Shown: piece after piece, positions 37,038-47,503 of the stretch
Layout of the letters: each line of letters starts with the position of its first letter
How positions within the stretch are numbered: the stretch's first letter is position 1
DNA from: Candidatus Latescibacterota bacterium
GTDB lineage: Bacteria; Latescibacterota; UBA2968; GCA-2709665
Length of the DNA stretch: 64,000 nucleotides
NCBI GenBank assembly: GCA_965248435.1
Contig: OZ252100.1
Location: forward strand, 2,560,001-2,624,000
Direction of reading: 5' to 3'
Translations under genes and position numbers: made by a program
The notes under the pieces: model-generated
Told to the model about the DNA's origin: nothing
The model's database searches: none
Seen by the model: the letters and a program-made list of their open reading frames with translations, nothing else

Positions 37038-38162
37038 ATGCCCACTCTAATCATAGACGGCCATCTAGACCTGGCCCACAACGCCCTCTTCCACCGCCGG
37101 GACCAGACGCAGCCGGTCGAAGTCCTTCGCGAGCGGGACGACGGGTTCCTCCTGGGGCCCACAGCCGACCCGGAGGCGGTCCTGGTCCGTTACGACCCCT
37201 GGGCTGACACGCCAAAAGGGATTGCAACCGTCTCCTTTCCAGAGATGCGAAAGGGACACGTCGGCATCGCGCTCGGGACGATCATGGCCCGTGTGCAGGA
37301 ACCGGGTCCGAAGCGTGGCGAAACGGACCGTACTCAGGCCGCGGCTCACGCTCGCGGCATGGGCCACCTGGCCTACTACCGCGCCCTGGAGCGAGAGGGC
37401 CAGATCCGGTTCATCAAATCCACAAAAGATCTGAATGCCTCCGTCGCGGAGTGGGACAATCCGACTCCGGAGACGCCCATCGGCCTGATTCTCACCATGG
37501 AGAGCGCCGACCCCATCCTCGGGCCCGACAACGTGGAGGACTGGTGGGAGGCCGGACTCCGCTCCGTCTCCCTTACCCATTTCGGAGCCAACACCTACGG
37601 CCACGGAACGGGCACCGTCGGGGGGCTGTATCCTCCCGCCTTCCCGTTGATGGATGCCCTGCGTGCGGCAGGTGTCATCCTTGACGTCACCCACGCCTCC
37701 GACCTGGCCCTCCGTCAGATCCTGGACTACTGGGACGGTCCGATCCACGCCAGCCACTGCAACTGCCGCGCACTCGTCGACATTCAGCGCCTCCTGACTG
37801 ACGACATCATCAAGGAGCTCTGCAAGCGCGGAGGCGTGATCGGTGTCGTCTTCGTCGAGAACTTCATCAACCCTGCGACCGCGGCCCTGGCTAGCGTACC
37901 GCCCGCTTCCACTCGGCCGATGAGCGCGGTCGTGGATCACATCGATCACATCTGCCAGCTCGCGGGAAACGCCGACCACGTCGCCATCGGAAGCGACCTG
38001 GACGGCGGGTTCGGGCGGGAGTATTCGCCCACCGACATGGACAGCATCGCAGATCTGCAGAAGTTCCTGGGCATATTGCAACAGCGGGGATACAGCGAGG
38101 AGGACGTCACTAAGATCGCCCACGGCAACATGCTTCGTCTCTTTGGAAGCGCCTGGCAGTGA
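37038..38162 (+). CDS. M19 dipeptidase family paralog 2
   Basis: Same motifs; closest to paralog 1. Confidence 0.92.
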   Translation: MPTLIIDGHLDLAHNALFHRRDQTQPVEVLRERDDGFLLGPTADPEAVLVRYDPWADTPKGIATVSFPEMRKGHVGIALGTIMARVQEPGPKRGETDRTQAAAHARGMGHLAYYRALEREGQIRFIKSTKDLNASVAEWDNPTPETPIGLILTMESADPILGPDNVEDWWEAGLRSVSLTHFGANTYGHGTGTVGGLYPPAFPLMDALRAAGVILDVTHASDLALRQILDYWDGPIHASHCNCRALVDIQRLLTDDIIKELCKRGGVIGVVFVENFINPATAALASVPPASTRPMSAVVDHIDHICQLAGNADHVAIGSDLDGGFGREYSPTDMDSIADLQKFLGILQQRGYSEEDVTKIAHGNMLRLFGSAWQ

Positions 38163-38315
38163 TTGCGTTGTCCCGATCTCTCGATACACGGCGCGCGGGG
38201 ATAGGATCCTCATCAGCGCCGCAAACCACGAAAGAAGAGCGACGACCTTTCCGGTACCCGGTACCCGTGTTTTGATTTCCCGGTACCCCGAATAACCTCT
38301 GTTACTCGAGCGCCC

Positions 38316-39410
38316 ATGCCTGATAAACCCCTCCTCATCGCCGACAGCCATCTCGACCTCGGCTTCACTGCGCTTCAGGTCAACCGAGACCTCACGGTGC
38401 CGGCAGCGACTGTTCGCACACACGACCCACCTTCGGTCATGCGGACCTTTGGGAGCTGTACCGTCACCTTTCCCGAGCTCAGAAAGGGAAACGTCGGGCT
38501 CGTCTTCGGAACCGCGACAGCCAAAGTCGGACCGAAGGACAACTGGACTGGACTCGGCATGTACGACCAGACCCAGTGCTACGGCATGGTCAGGGGCCAC
38601 GTCGCTTACTACCAGGCCATGGAGCGGGAAGGCGTCATCCGGATGATCCGTTCCGCCCAGGATCTGGATCAATTGCTCGCGAGCTGGGAAGACCCCGCCC
38701 CCGACACCCCGATCGGCCTCGTGCTGGCCCTGGAAGGCTGTGACGGCATTCGGGATCCCGAGCAGGTGCCGGAGTGGTACGACCTGGGTGTGCGCGTGTC
38801 CGGCCTCAGCCACTACGGCGTGAGCCGATACGCCCACGGCACCGGTACGGAGGGGGGGCTCAAGCCCATAGCCAAACCCCTCCTGGACGCCTTCCGCGAG
38901 GCCGGCATCATCGTCGATCTCACTCACCTGAGCGACCAGTCTCATTGGGAGGTGATGGACTATTACGACGGTCCCGTCCTCGCTTCCCACAGCAACTGCC
39001 GCGCGCTCGTGCACAACCAGCGCCAGTTCAGCGACGACATGATCAAGTCCATCATCGAGCGGGGCGGGGTAATCGGCGCCGCCTTCGACGTCTGGATGCT
39101 GGACCCCGAGTGGGGTCACGAAACGCCAGCCCACGAACAGATCACGAATGCGACCCTGGAAACGGTCGCGGATCACATCGACCACGTCTGCGAGCTCGCG
39201 GGCAACGCGCACCACGCCGCGCTCGGGACCGACCTGGACGGCGGCTGGGGTACCGAACAGGCCCCGCGTGACCTGAACACGATCGCGGACCTCCAGAAAT
39301 TTGCGGAGATCTTCACGCACAGAGGCTACTCGGAAGAAGACGTCAGCAATGTCCTCTCAGGGAACTGGATCCGGCTCTTGAAGGAAGTGTGGAGCGAGAA
39401 GGAAGGCTAG
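38316..39410 (+). CDS. M19 dipeptidase family paralog 3
   Basis: DSHLDLG, ALEGCD, DLTH, ASHSN, GTDLDGG. Confidence 0.92.
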   Translation: MPDKPLLIADSHLDLGFTALQVNRDLTVPAATVRTHDPPSVMRTFGSCTVTFPELRKGNVGLVFGTATAKVGPKDNWTGLGMYDQTQCYGMVRGHVAYYQAMEREGVIRMIRSAQDLDQLLASWEDPAPDTPIGLVLALEGCDGIRDPEQVPEWYDLGVRVSGLSHYGVSRYAHGTGTEGGLKPIAKPLLDAFREAGIIVDLTHLSDQSHWEVMDYYDGPVLASHSNCRALVHNQRQFSDDMIKSIIERGGVIGAAFDVWMLDPEWGHETPAHEQITNATLETVADHIDHVCELAGNAHHAALGTDLDGGWGTEQAPRDLNTIADLQKFAEIFTHRGYSEEDVSNVLSGNWIRLLKEVWSEKEG

Positions 39411-39531
39411 GGGCCCTCACCCTGCCTCGCTGTCGCTCGGCATCCCTCTCCCATAAACGGGAAAGGGAAAAACAAAGCGCATCGCCATCTCCCCTCTCCC
39501 ACGTGTGGGAGAGGGGTTGGGGGTGAGGGCC
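39411..39531. repeat. REP-like compound palindrome
   Basis: GGCCCTCACCC...GGGTGAGGGCC enclosing CCCTCTCCC/GGGAGAGGG hairpins. Confidence 0.75.
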
Positions 39532-39566
39532 TCCAGCGAATAACGATTTTAATCCTGGTCCTATTC

Positions 39567-40661
39567 ATGACTGACAAACCCATATTCATCGCCGACGGTC
39601 ATCTCGACCTCGCCTTCACCGCGCTGCACGCCAATCGTGACCTCACCCAGCCGGCTGCGACCGTTCGTACCCACGACTCGCCGAAAGTCATGCAGACCTA
39701 CGGCAGCAGCACCACCACATTCCACGAACTCCACAAGGGTCACGTCGGACTCGTCATCGCGACGGCGACCGCCAGGCTGGCCCCGAAAGACAACTGGACC
39801 CGCATCGGGATGTATACCCAGGCACAGTGCTACGGCGTCGCGTGCAGTCACGCCGCATACTACCACGCCATGGAACGGGAGGGCGTCATCCGAATCGTCC
39901 GCTCCGTGCAGGACCTGGATGAAGTCATCGCCAGCTGGAAGGACCCCGCACCCGATACCCCCATCGGCCTCGTCCTCGCACTGGAAGGGTGCGACCCCAT
40001 TCTTGACCCCGATCAGGTCCCGGAGTGGTACGACATGGGCCTCCGCGTCGCCAGCCTCTCTCACTACGGCGTCACCAGCTATGCCCACGGAAGCGGTACA
40101 GAAGGGGGCCTCCTCCCACCCGCCAAGCCCCTCCTGGATGCCTTCAGTGAGTTTGGCATCATCGTTGACCTCTCCCACCTGACCGACCAGTCCTACTGGG
40201 AGCTCCTGGACATCTACGACGGTCCCGTCCTCGCCTCCCACTGCAACTGCCGCGCCCTCGTGCCTGACCAGCGCCAGCTCAGCGACGACATGCTAAAGGC
40301 CGTCATCGAGCGAGGTGGCGTAATCGGTTCCGCGTTCGACTCCTGGATGCTGGACACCGAGTGGAAGCACACCGCGGCCCCTTATCATCAGATTTCAAAT
40401 GCCACACTCGAGACCGTCGCCGATCACATCGATCACGTCTGTGAGGTCGCTGGCAACGCGCGCCACGCCGGACTCGGCACCGACGTGGATGCCGGCTTCG
40501 GCACCGAACAGACCCCGCGTGACTTCAACACAAGCCCCGACCTGCAAAAATTCAGAGAAATCTTCGAACGCAGGGGATACTCTGAAGAAGATGTCCGAAA
40601 CATCCTCTCCGGAAACTGGATTCGGCTCCTGAGAAAGGTCTGGAGCAATCAGGCAGGCTGA
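39567..40661 (+). CDS. M19 dipeptidase family paralog 4
   Basis: Same motifs; closest to paralog 3. Confidence 0.92.
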   Translation: MTDKPIFIADGHLDLAFTALHANRDLTQPAATVRTHDSPKVMQTYGSSTTTFHELHKGHVGLVIATATARLAPKDNWTRIGMYTQAQCYGVACSHAAYYHAMEREGVIRIVRSVQDLDEVIASWKDPAPDTPIGLVLALEGCDPILDPDQVPEWYDMGLRVASLSHYGVTSYAHGSGTEGGLLPPAKPLLDAFSEFGIIVDLSHLTDQSYWELLDIYDGPVLASHCNCRALVPDQRQLSDDMLKAVIERGGVIGSAFDSWMLDTEWKHTAAPYHQISNATLETVADHIDHVCEVAGNARHAGLGTDVDAGFGTEQTPRDFNTSPDLQKFREIFERRGYSEEDVRNILSGNWIRLLRKVWSNQAG

Positions 40662-40668
40662 AACCAGA

Positions 40669-40803
40669 CCTCTCCCCCCCGGCCCCTCTCCTAAAGGAGA
40701 GGGAAGACAAACGTGATACATTTGGACCGAACAGAATCTGTTCCCCCTTCCCTTTAGGGAAGCATGTCCCGAGCTTGCCGAGGGAGGGGCTAGGGGGTTA
40801 GGT
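40669..40803. repeat. REP-like compound palindrome with nested AAGCATGTCCCGAGCTTG insert
   Basis: C-rich/G-rich arms; insert also at 49652 and 51893. Confidence 0.7.
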
Positions 40804-41832
40804 ATGCCAAAGCAACTCCATCTTTCGCCCTCCGTTCATCACCGCCACGTGATGGACCGAACCGAACAAACCCTCGCCTACGACGGTGGAGACGTCAAGA
40901 CCTGGCAGCGCAGACTCCGTCGAAAGCTCCGGCAGCTCGTAGGCGATATGCCCGAGGAGCGGGTCCCCCTCAAAGTTCGGACGCTGTGGAAACGCCAGCA
41001 CCCGCTCGGCACGATCGAAAAGATCGTCTTCACGAGTGAACCTTATTCAGATGTGCTCGCCTTCGTCTGCCTGCCCAAAGACGTCGGTCCACCCTACACC
41101 TTCTTCATCTGCGTCCAGGGCCACTCCACCGGGATGCACAATTCAATCGCCGTAACACGCGACGACAATACCAGGCCTCTGAAGGTCCCGGGAGATAGAG
41201 ACTTCGGCCTCGGATGCATGAAGCGGGGCCTCGCCGCCCTCTGCATCGAGCAGAGGTCCTTCGGAGAGCGGCGGGAACAGCTCCAGAAAAGGACCGCCGA
41301 AATGGGCTGTCACGACGCTACCATGCACGCGCTGATGCTCGGCCGCACCCTCGTCGGCGAGCGTGTCTTCGACATCGACCGGGGCATCGACTACCTCGAA
41401 TCGCGCGGGGATGTGGACGTGCGGCGCATCGGCGTGATGGGCAACTCTGGAGGCGGGACTGCGACCCTCTTTTCCGCCGTGATGCTGCCTCGAATCCGAT
41501 ACGCCATGCCTTCCTGCTACTTCTGCACCTTCCGGGACTCCATCATGTCCATCTACCACTGCATGGACAACTACGTCCCCAGTCTCCTCAAATACGCCGA
41601 GATGGCCGACGTCATGGGCTTGTTCGCTCCAAAACCGGTGGTGATCGTCGCCGGAAAATCGGACCCCATCTTCCCGTTCGCCGGAGTCAGGAAAGCGTTC
41701 AGGCACCTGAAAAAGATCTACGCCGCCGCCGGCGCGGCAGACCGCTGCCGCCTCGTCGTCGGCAACGGCGGACACAGGTTCTTCGCGAAACAGGCCTGGC
41801 CGGTCATGCTGAAAGAGATCGCCAAAGACTGA
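40804..41832 (+). CDS. Dienelactone hydrolase-like alpha/beta hydrolase
   Basis: CVQGH, GVMGNSGGG, LFAPKP, GGHRF. Confidence 0.88.
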   Translation: MPKQLHLSPSVHHRHVMDRTEQTLAYDGGDVKTWQRRLRRKLRQLVGDMPEERVPLKVRTLWKRQHPLGTIEKIVFTSEPYSDVLAFVCLPKDVGPPYTFFICVQGHSTGMHNSIAVTRDDNTRPLKVPGDRDFGLGCMKRGLAALCIEQRSFGERREQLQKRTAEMGCHDATMHALMLGRTLVGERVFDIDRGIDYLESRGDVDVRRIGVMGNSGGGTATLFSAVMLPRIRYAMPSCYFCTFRDSIMSIYHCMDNYVPSLLKYAEMADVMGLFAPKPVVIVAGKSDPIFPFAGVRKAFRHLKKIYAAAGAADRCRLVVGNGGHRFFAKQAWPVMLKEIAKD

Positions 41833-41932
41833 CAAACTTGGTTTCCGCGCCGCGAACGTAACCAGAGTCTGCCGACAGGCGGACTTCCCCATCTCTCCAG
41901 CGCGGGAATTCATTCCCTCGCCAAAACCAAAA

Positions 41933-41960
41933 AAGCGCGGGAGTAAATTCCCGCGCTCTT
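41933..41960. terminator. Probable bidirectional terminator
   Basis: AGCGCGGGA-gtaaat-TCCCGCGCT between convergent genes, flanked by A and T-rich runs. Confidence 0.65.
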
Positions 41961-42050
41961 CCTCAAGTGATTCGGTCGAATCCTAAGCTTGCTTCTGTGT
42001 CCTTTTCGTGGCCCTCCGGATTTTTCCGTGTTCTTCCGTGATCCAGCCTT

Positions 42051-43295
42051 TTAACGCATCCTTTGTTTAGCCGGCCTTTTTTTCCGCCCGAACGGAGGGC
42101 CCTTCGGACGCGGTTGTGACCTGGCCAGATCTCGATCGCGCAGCTCGGCGATCCTGGAACAGTGGAACGGATGGTCTTCCTCTGTCGTGAGTTGGCTCTT
42201 GGTCAACTTCTCTATCCCTCTGAGCAGCGGTACTTCCTCCGCGCCGCAGAATGACAGGGCCGTGCCGATCGCGTCGGCCCGTGCCGTCCTCCCGATTCGG
42301 TGCACGTAGCTTTCCGGATTCTCCGGAAGCTCGAAATTGATCACGTGCGAAATCCCCTCGACGTCGATCCCCCGGGCGACCACATCGGTACCGACGAGGA
42401 CCTTTATCCTCCCCCGGTGGAATGCAGTTAGTGCGCGTTGGCGCTGGCCCTGGCTCTTGTTCGAATGGATCGTATCGGCGGAAATGCCTGACTTCGAAAG
42501 CTGCCGTGATATGCGGTTCGCACGGTGTTTTGTGCGCGTGAAGACCAGGGCTCTCTCTACATTCTCCCCTCTCAGAATGTCAGTGAGGAGTTCCCGTTTA
42601 TGCATCTGCTGAACGAAGAAGACTTTCTGCGCAATGCTTTCGGACACCGACGCGGCTGGCGTGACCGCCACTTCCGACGGGTTCCTCAGCATATCTGAAG
42701 CGAGGTTGGCGATCTCCCAGGAAAGCGTGGCGGAGAAGAACAAGGTCTGCCGATCCCTGGGAAGTTTGGAAACGATCCTGCGGACGTCATCCACGAATCC
42801 CATGTCCAGCATACGATCGGCCTCGTCCAGGACCAGTACTTCTACCTGATCGAGACGGATAAACCCCTGATTGAACAGATCCAACAGGCGTCCTGGAGTC
42901 GCAACGAGGATTTCCGGCTTCTTTTGGAGGGACTTGATCTGTGGAGGTGCAGGTACGCCGCCCAGGATGACCACAGTGCGCGATTTAAGGTGGCGGCCAT
43001 AGGTGCGGAAGCTCTCGTTGACCTGGAGCGCGAGCTCCCGAGTTGGAGTTAGGACCAGGGCTCGGATGCCCCTGGAACCGGGAACGCGCCGCTCATCCAG
43101 CCCCTGCAGAATAGGCAGGGCGAACGCCGCCGTCTTCCCTGTGCCCGTTTGGGCCGTGGCAAGAAGGTCATTCCCGGCGAGTACTTTAGGAATTGCTTCA
43201 CGCTGAACGTCGGTCGGCTTCTTGTAACCTTCATCCGACAGGGCTCGGAGAAGGGGGCTGATCAGCGAGAGTTTCTCGAAAGGATTTGTATCCAT
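42051..43295 (-). CDS. rhlE: DEAD-box RNA helicase (RhlE-like)
   Basis: Q motif, AQTGTGKT, PTRELA, DEAD, SAT, ARGID, HRIGRT; start moved to MDTNP. Confidence 0.9.
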   Translation of the reverse strand: MDTNPFEKLSLISPLLRALSDEGYKKPTDVQREAIPKVLAGNDLLATAQTGTGKTAAFALPILQGLDERRVPGSRGIRALVLTPTRELALQVNESFRTYGRHLKSRTVVILGGVPAPPQIKSLQKKPEILVATPGRLLDLFNQGFIRLDQVEVLVLDEADRMLDMGFVDDVRRIVSKLPRDRQTLFFSATLSWEIANLASDMLRNPSEVAVTPAASVSESIAQKVFFVQQMHKRELLTDILRGENVERALVFTRTKHRANRISRQLSKSGISADTIHSNKSQGQRQRALTAFHRGRIKVLVGTDVVARGIDVEGISHVINFELPENPESYVHRIGRTARADAIGTALSFCGAEEVPLLRGIEKLTKSQLTTEEDHPFHCSRIAELRDRDLARSQPRPKGPPFGRKKRPAKQRMR

Positions 43296-43424
43296 GGACT
43301 CCTGTCTTGAAGACCCGAGATCAACGGCGATGGTCTCTGGATGCACTCAAGACAGAACCAGAATGCGAGAAGTAGCGCAGGAAATCTTCGGAGGTTAATG
43401 TGGAGCAGACAACGTAGAGCATTT

Positions 43425-43453
43425 AATATACTAAAAAATCAAGATTTAGGCAA
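43425..43453 (-). promoter_or_regulatory. Sigma70-like promoter of the helicase gene
   Basis: TTGCCT-N17-TATATT on the minus strand. Confidence 0.55.
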
Positions 43454-43563
43454 GGGCCATGGAGAAATGGCCCAAGGTGCACGGCGCCCCGTGGTCTCTA
43501 CAGGTAAGAGATAGGGTTCTTGATTAATCAAGGCGAACACAAGGTTGGCCCTGCATACGCGTC

Positions 43564-44361
43564 CTACCGCCTTACCCAGTGCCTGTAGAGTGGCTTCACG
43601 GCTTCCGGCAGTCCTTCATAGACCTCCGGTTCCACCGCCGGCATCTCATTCTCCTTCAGGCCCGGCTCGTCCACCATTCGGCGCCGCTCCTCCGAACCCG
43701 GCATCAGGATCTCCGCGTTGAACCACCACGGAATATATCGCACGACCATGCCCACGCGCGGCCCGTCGCTGTGATTCGTCGCGGTCGCGTGCCAGAGCCG
43801 GCTGTCGAAAACCATCACACTACCGGCGCGCCCCGTCGCGTTCATCTCTGTCGGGTAGGGCTCGAACAGGGGGACACCAATATCGCCGGTCGGATTGTTG
43901 GACGCCCGGTGGCTCCCGGGCACGATCCAGGTGCCGCCGTTCTCCTCCGTGAAATCCGAGATCATCCAGAGAGATGAGAGCTGAACGGAAAAGTCCGGAT
44001 AGGGCGGTTCAATGTGGCCCGGCTTCTCCTGATTGTAGGGCCAGTCTGCGTGCCAGCGGCCGCGATCGTTACCTGGCTGTGTGATCAAAGTGGCCGTGAA
44101 GGAGATTCTTGCGTGCGGCCCGAACCAGTTCTCTGCCACGTTCAGCACGCGCGCATCCGCAACGTGAGGCACGAAGGTGGGCAGATCGCCCAGGATATCG
44201 TACGCGCTCACCACGCCCTGATAGGTCCTGCTCACGCCCTGGGCCGCTGTGACCGCCTCGATCTCCTGACGAATCTGCGCCACATTTTCCTCGGGAATGA
44301 CCCCCTCGATGACACACCAGCCATCGATCTCCAGATGCTGCAGAATCTCTTCAAGTTTCAC
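43564..44361 (-). CDS. PhyH family dioxygenase
   Basis: WHAD, DFTEENGGTWIVPGSH, DSRLWH. Confidence 0.9.
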   Translation of the reverse strand: MKLEEILQHLEIDGWCVIEGVIPEENVAQIRQEIEAVTAAQGVSRTYQGVVSAYDILGDLPTFVPHVADARVLNVAENWFGPHARISFTATLITQPGNDRGRWHADWPYNQEKPGHIEPPYPDFSVQLSSLWMISDFTEENGGTWIVPGSHRASNNPTGDIGVPLFEPYPTEMNATGRAGSVMVFDSRLWHATATNHSDGPRVGMVVRYIPWWFNAEILMPGSEERRRMVDEPGLKENEMPAVEPEVYEGLPEAVKPLYRHWVRR

Positions 44362-44411
44362 GATCCGTTTCCTTTTTTCGCCGCAATTTCCACGCGACCC
44401 GTTCTGTGATT

Positions 44412-44535
44412 CTGGAGTGTTGCAGTACTGGAGTGCTGGAGTATTGGAAGATTTTGCCTTTCCTTTCCATTACTCCATTACTCCACTCCCCCAGCACTCA
44501 CGTTCTCTTCTGACTACTCCATTCCCCAACACTCG
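44412..44535. repeat. Inverted array of imperfect octamer repeats (TGGAGTRY / RYACTCCA)
   Basis: TGGAGTGT..TGGAGTGC TGGAGTAT facing TTACTCCA TTACTCCA.. Confidence 0.8.
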
Positions 44536-44548
44536 CAGCTCCCGCTCC

Positions 44549-45379
44549 TCATTCCTCCGGTATCTCGATCGGCAGATCTGTCCGATCTCCCCACTCCTTC
44601 CACGACCCAACATAATTTCGCACGCGTGGATAACCGAGCAGACGAAGCGCCAGGTAGGCGTGTGCGGAGCGATAGCCCCCCTGACAGTAGCACGCGATCT
44701 CCTGTTCCGGCACCACGCCGGCGTCCTCATACATCTGGCTCAGCTCGTCCGCCGGCTTGAATGCCCCGTCTTCATCCAGGTTCCTGAGGTATTCCACGTG
44801 AACCGCACCGGGTATCGCACCCGCCCGCGCAGCACGTGCAATCCTGCCGTAATACTCATCATCACTCCGCGTATCGAGCACGACAAAACCTTCTTTCCCC
44901 AGGGAGTTCTTCAGTTCTTCCGCTCCGATCTGGCGTTCTGGAACCGGTCTCGCCTCAAATGAAGCCCGCTCGGGCGCCGGACATTCCGTGGTCAGAGGAT
45001 ATCCCATTCCCTTCCACGCCTCCAGGCCGCCGTCCAGCACGTGCACCTCTTCGTGTCCCAGGTATTCGCAGATCCAGAAGCCCCGCGCTGCCCGCATGCC
45101 GGAATCGTTTTCGTAGAACACAATCCTTCTGTCTGATCCGATCCCCCGGCTTCCCAGGAGATAGCCGCACGTCCACATGAACGCCTTGAATGCGACTTCG
45201 TCGGTGTTGTTCAGACTGAATCCATACAGGTCCAGGTTCTGCGCGCCCAGAATATGACCGGCGACGTATTCGTGAGTCGGTCGAGTATCTACAACACAGA
45301 GGGAGGGATCCTCAAGACGATCGTGCAGGTCGTCCGCGCTCCAAACCAGGTCCGGATTCGCGTATCCCTTGTCGCTCAT
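44549..45379 (-). CDS. Tandem-rhodanese sulfurtransferase
   Basis: VDTR..EY..GHI, LDGG, YCQGGYRS, NYVGSWKEW. Confidence 0.92.
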   Translation of the reverse strand: MSDKGYANPDLVWSADDLHDRLEDPSLCVVDTRPTHEYVAGHILGAQNLDLYGFSLNNTDEVAFKAFMWTCGYLLGSRGIGSDRRIVFYENDSGMRAARGFWICEYLGHEEVHVLDGGLEAWKGMGYPLTTECPAPERASFEARPVPERQIGAEELKNSLGKEGFVVLDTRSDDEYYGRIARAARAGAIPGAVHVEYLRNLDEDGAFKPADELSQMYEDAGVVPEQEIACYCQGGYRSAHAYLALRLLGYPRVRNYVGSWKEWGDRTDLPIEIPEE

Positions 45380-45515
45380 GCATCAACTCCTTGAATCTGA
45401 TTCCTAAAGAGGATTGTCTTCAAATCCAGAAATCGCAAGAATCAAAACGTTTTTACCTTCGCGGTCCGCGGTCTGCGGTCTATGACTACTGCAACAATCG
45501 CGACCTATCTTTAGG

Positions 45516-46175
45516 TCAGGGACTGAAGAGCAATCGGGCATACAGGTAAGCCAGTGCCTCCGCGATCACCGTGCGCACGCCCCCGCTCGTCCTCCACCAC
45601 GCGTCCGGGTCATACCCCTCATTCTTCAGGGCAACGATTCCGACCTGGAACTCCCCGTCCATCGCCGTTTCGTAGAGCAGCCGCGTACGCCTCGCGTGAG
45701 GCCCCACCGAATAAAGGTCAAACGACCGCGCCCCCGTTTCCGAGTCGCGCAGCCAGGCCTTCAGCGCCGCCGCAGTGGAGTAGGTCCGATCTCTCTGAAC
45801 ATAGGCTGCAGGCACCGCAACGACCCGGTCCGATGCTACGCCCAGGTCCCGAATCGAAGCCGCCGTCACCTCCGCGTAGCTTTCATACTCCGGAAAACAC
45901 TGCCTGAAATAGGAGGCATCGGGAATCGGGATCCCGGTGGCGATCACTCGCCGATACCCTTTTGAATGGAACTCAGCGGCTACTTTCTCCAACGCATACT
46001 TCGGCAGCCAACCTTCTACTACCATCAGATCCCCGCCCACTGGCTGATTGACTGCCAGGAACGGATGGATCCCGGTCACCACGACGGCAAGGATGATCAA
46101 TCCGCACGCACCGATCATCAGCCAGCCCAGGCCGGTCGGGATCCAGACTTCCTTTTTCCGGAGAAATCGTGACAA
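45516..46175 (-). CDS. YdcF/DUF218-like membrane-anchored protein
   Basis: N-terminal TM, VVEGW, DRTY, GPHARR, WW. Confidence 0.7.
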   Translation of the reverse strand: MSRFLRKKEVWIPTGLGWLMIGACGLIILAVVVTGIHPFLAVNQPVGGDLMVVEGWLPKYALEKVAAEFHSKGYRRVIATGIPIPDASYFRQCFPEYESYAEVTAASIRDLGVASDRVVAVPAAYVQRDRTYSTAAALKAWLRDSETGARSFDLYSVGPHARRTRLLYETAMDGEFQVGIVALKNEGYDPDAWWRTSGGVRTVIAEALAYLYARLLFSP

Positions 46176-46275
46176 GTGAGGAAATTCGTATTTCGTTGGA
46201 ATGAATCACATCGATGGATGAATCAGGTGCTTCCGAGAACCACGAAAGACAAGCGACGAACCTCGACCAACGGAC

Positions 46276-47484
46276 CTACGCTCGACTCGTGACTGCCTTT
46301 TCCACCAGATTTCGAATTTCGGCAACTCGGAACGGCTTCTGCAGCTGGAAGTCGAATGGCGAGAGCCTGGCATCTCCATCTTCGGGGATCAGCCCGGTGA
46401 TCAACACCGTCCTGACGGTGGGATCGATCTCCTTCATCCTGCGAGCGATTTCATCTCCGGGGATCCCCGGAATCGCCAGATCGATCAGTGCCACGTCATA
46501 CTTCCCTTCCTCAAAACGCGCAAGGCCTGTCTCTCCATTATCGACGGCCTCCACAACTCGAGGCTCGAGCGCAATCTTTACGACCTCGAGCACGGCAGCG
46601 TCGTCGTCTATGACGATGACCCTGCCGCCGACTTCCTCCAGCTCGGCATCTTCCCATAAGGGAATCAGGAGGCTGAACGTGGAGCCGCCTCCCGGGGAGG
46701 TCTCGACCTCCACACTTCCCCCCCATCCCGTGATCAGCTGATGCACGATCGAGAGACTCAGGCCGCTGCCTACATCCTTCTTCGTAGTGAAGAATGGCTC
46801 GAAGATTCTCTCCCGTGTCTCCTCGTCCATTCCGATGCCTCTGTCCTTCACCTTCAATTCCACTTGATTCTGGGCAGAAGCAGTTGAAACCTCGATCCTT
46901 CCACCACTCGTCGTAGCTTCAACGGCATTGCCAAGGAGACTGTCCAGGATCATCCGAAGTTCCTCAGGCGTGCCTTTCACCGGTGGAACATCCTCCAATC
47001 TTGCTACAATCTCGATCCCTGGGGAGCTCCCGTCCTCCTTTACCGCCGCTTCTGTTCGGTGAGCCGCCTCTTCCACGAGTGAGTTAAGGACGTCCACACG
47101 GCGTGGGTTGCTTTCCTTGCTGGCTCTGACCGAAAGGTTGAGGCGATTCACCAGTTCTTTTGCCCGCATGGCGCTCTCGACGATCTTTCCCACCATCTCG
47201 ACCGTCTCGGGATCTTTACTCTGCATCTCGATAATCTGAGCATAGCCCAGGACACCAACCAGAATGTTGTTGAAATTATGCGCCACACCCTTGGCGAACC
47301 GTTCCAGCACCTCCATGCGTTCGTCGTAGATCGCCTCCGGATCGGCCTTGGCGTGTTCCAGGCCCTCGAGTTTTTGGATGCGATCCACGAGGCCTTTCTC
47401 GCGCGCATCCAGCTCGGCCATGTGTCTGCGCATCTCCTCGAGTTCTTCGATCAGCTCGCTTCCTCTCTTTTCGCCCTTATTCAT
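46276..47484 (-). CDS. Cytoplasmic hybrid histidine kinase with receiver domain
   Basis: GVAHNFNN H-box, [20 protein letters not shown], receiver IDDD..D..K. Confidence 0.9.
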   Translation of the reverse strand: MNKGEKRGSELIEELEEMRRHMAELDAREKGLVDRIQKLEGLEHAKADPEAIYDERMEVLERFAKGVAHNFNNILVGVLGYAQIIEMQSKDPETVEMVGKIVESAMRAKELVNRLNLSVRASKESNPRRVDVLNSLVEEAAHRTEAAVKEDGSSPGIEIVARLEDVPPVKGTPEELRMILDSLLGNAVEATTSGGRIEVSTASAQNQVELKVKDRGIGMDEETRERIFEPFFTTKKDVGSGLSLSIVHQLITGWGGSVEVETSPGGGSTFSLLIPLWEDAELEEVGGRVIVIDDDAAVLEVVKIALEPRVVEAVDNGETGLARFEEGKYDVALIDLAIPGIPGDEIARRMKEIDPTVRTVLITGLIPEDGDARLSPFDFQLQKPFRVAEIRNLVEKAVTSRA

Positions 47485-47503
47485 AACCTATCGTCAGGCG
47501 GCC

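Noticed and set aside
37065-39320. 751-aa minus-strand ORF
   Set aside because: Antisense shadow of two GC3-rich dipeptidase genes; no recognisable motifs
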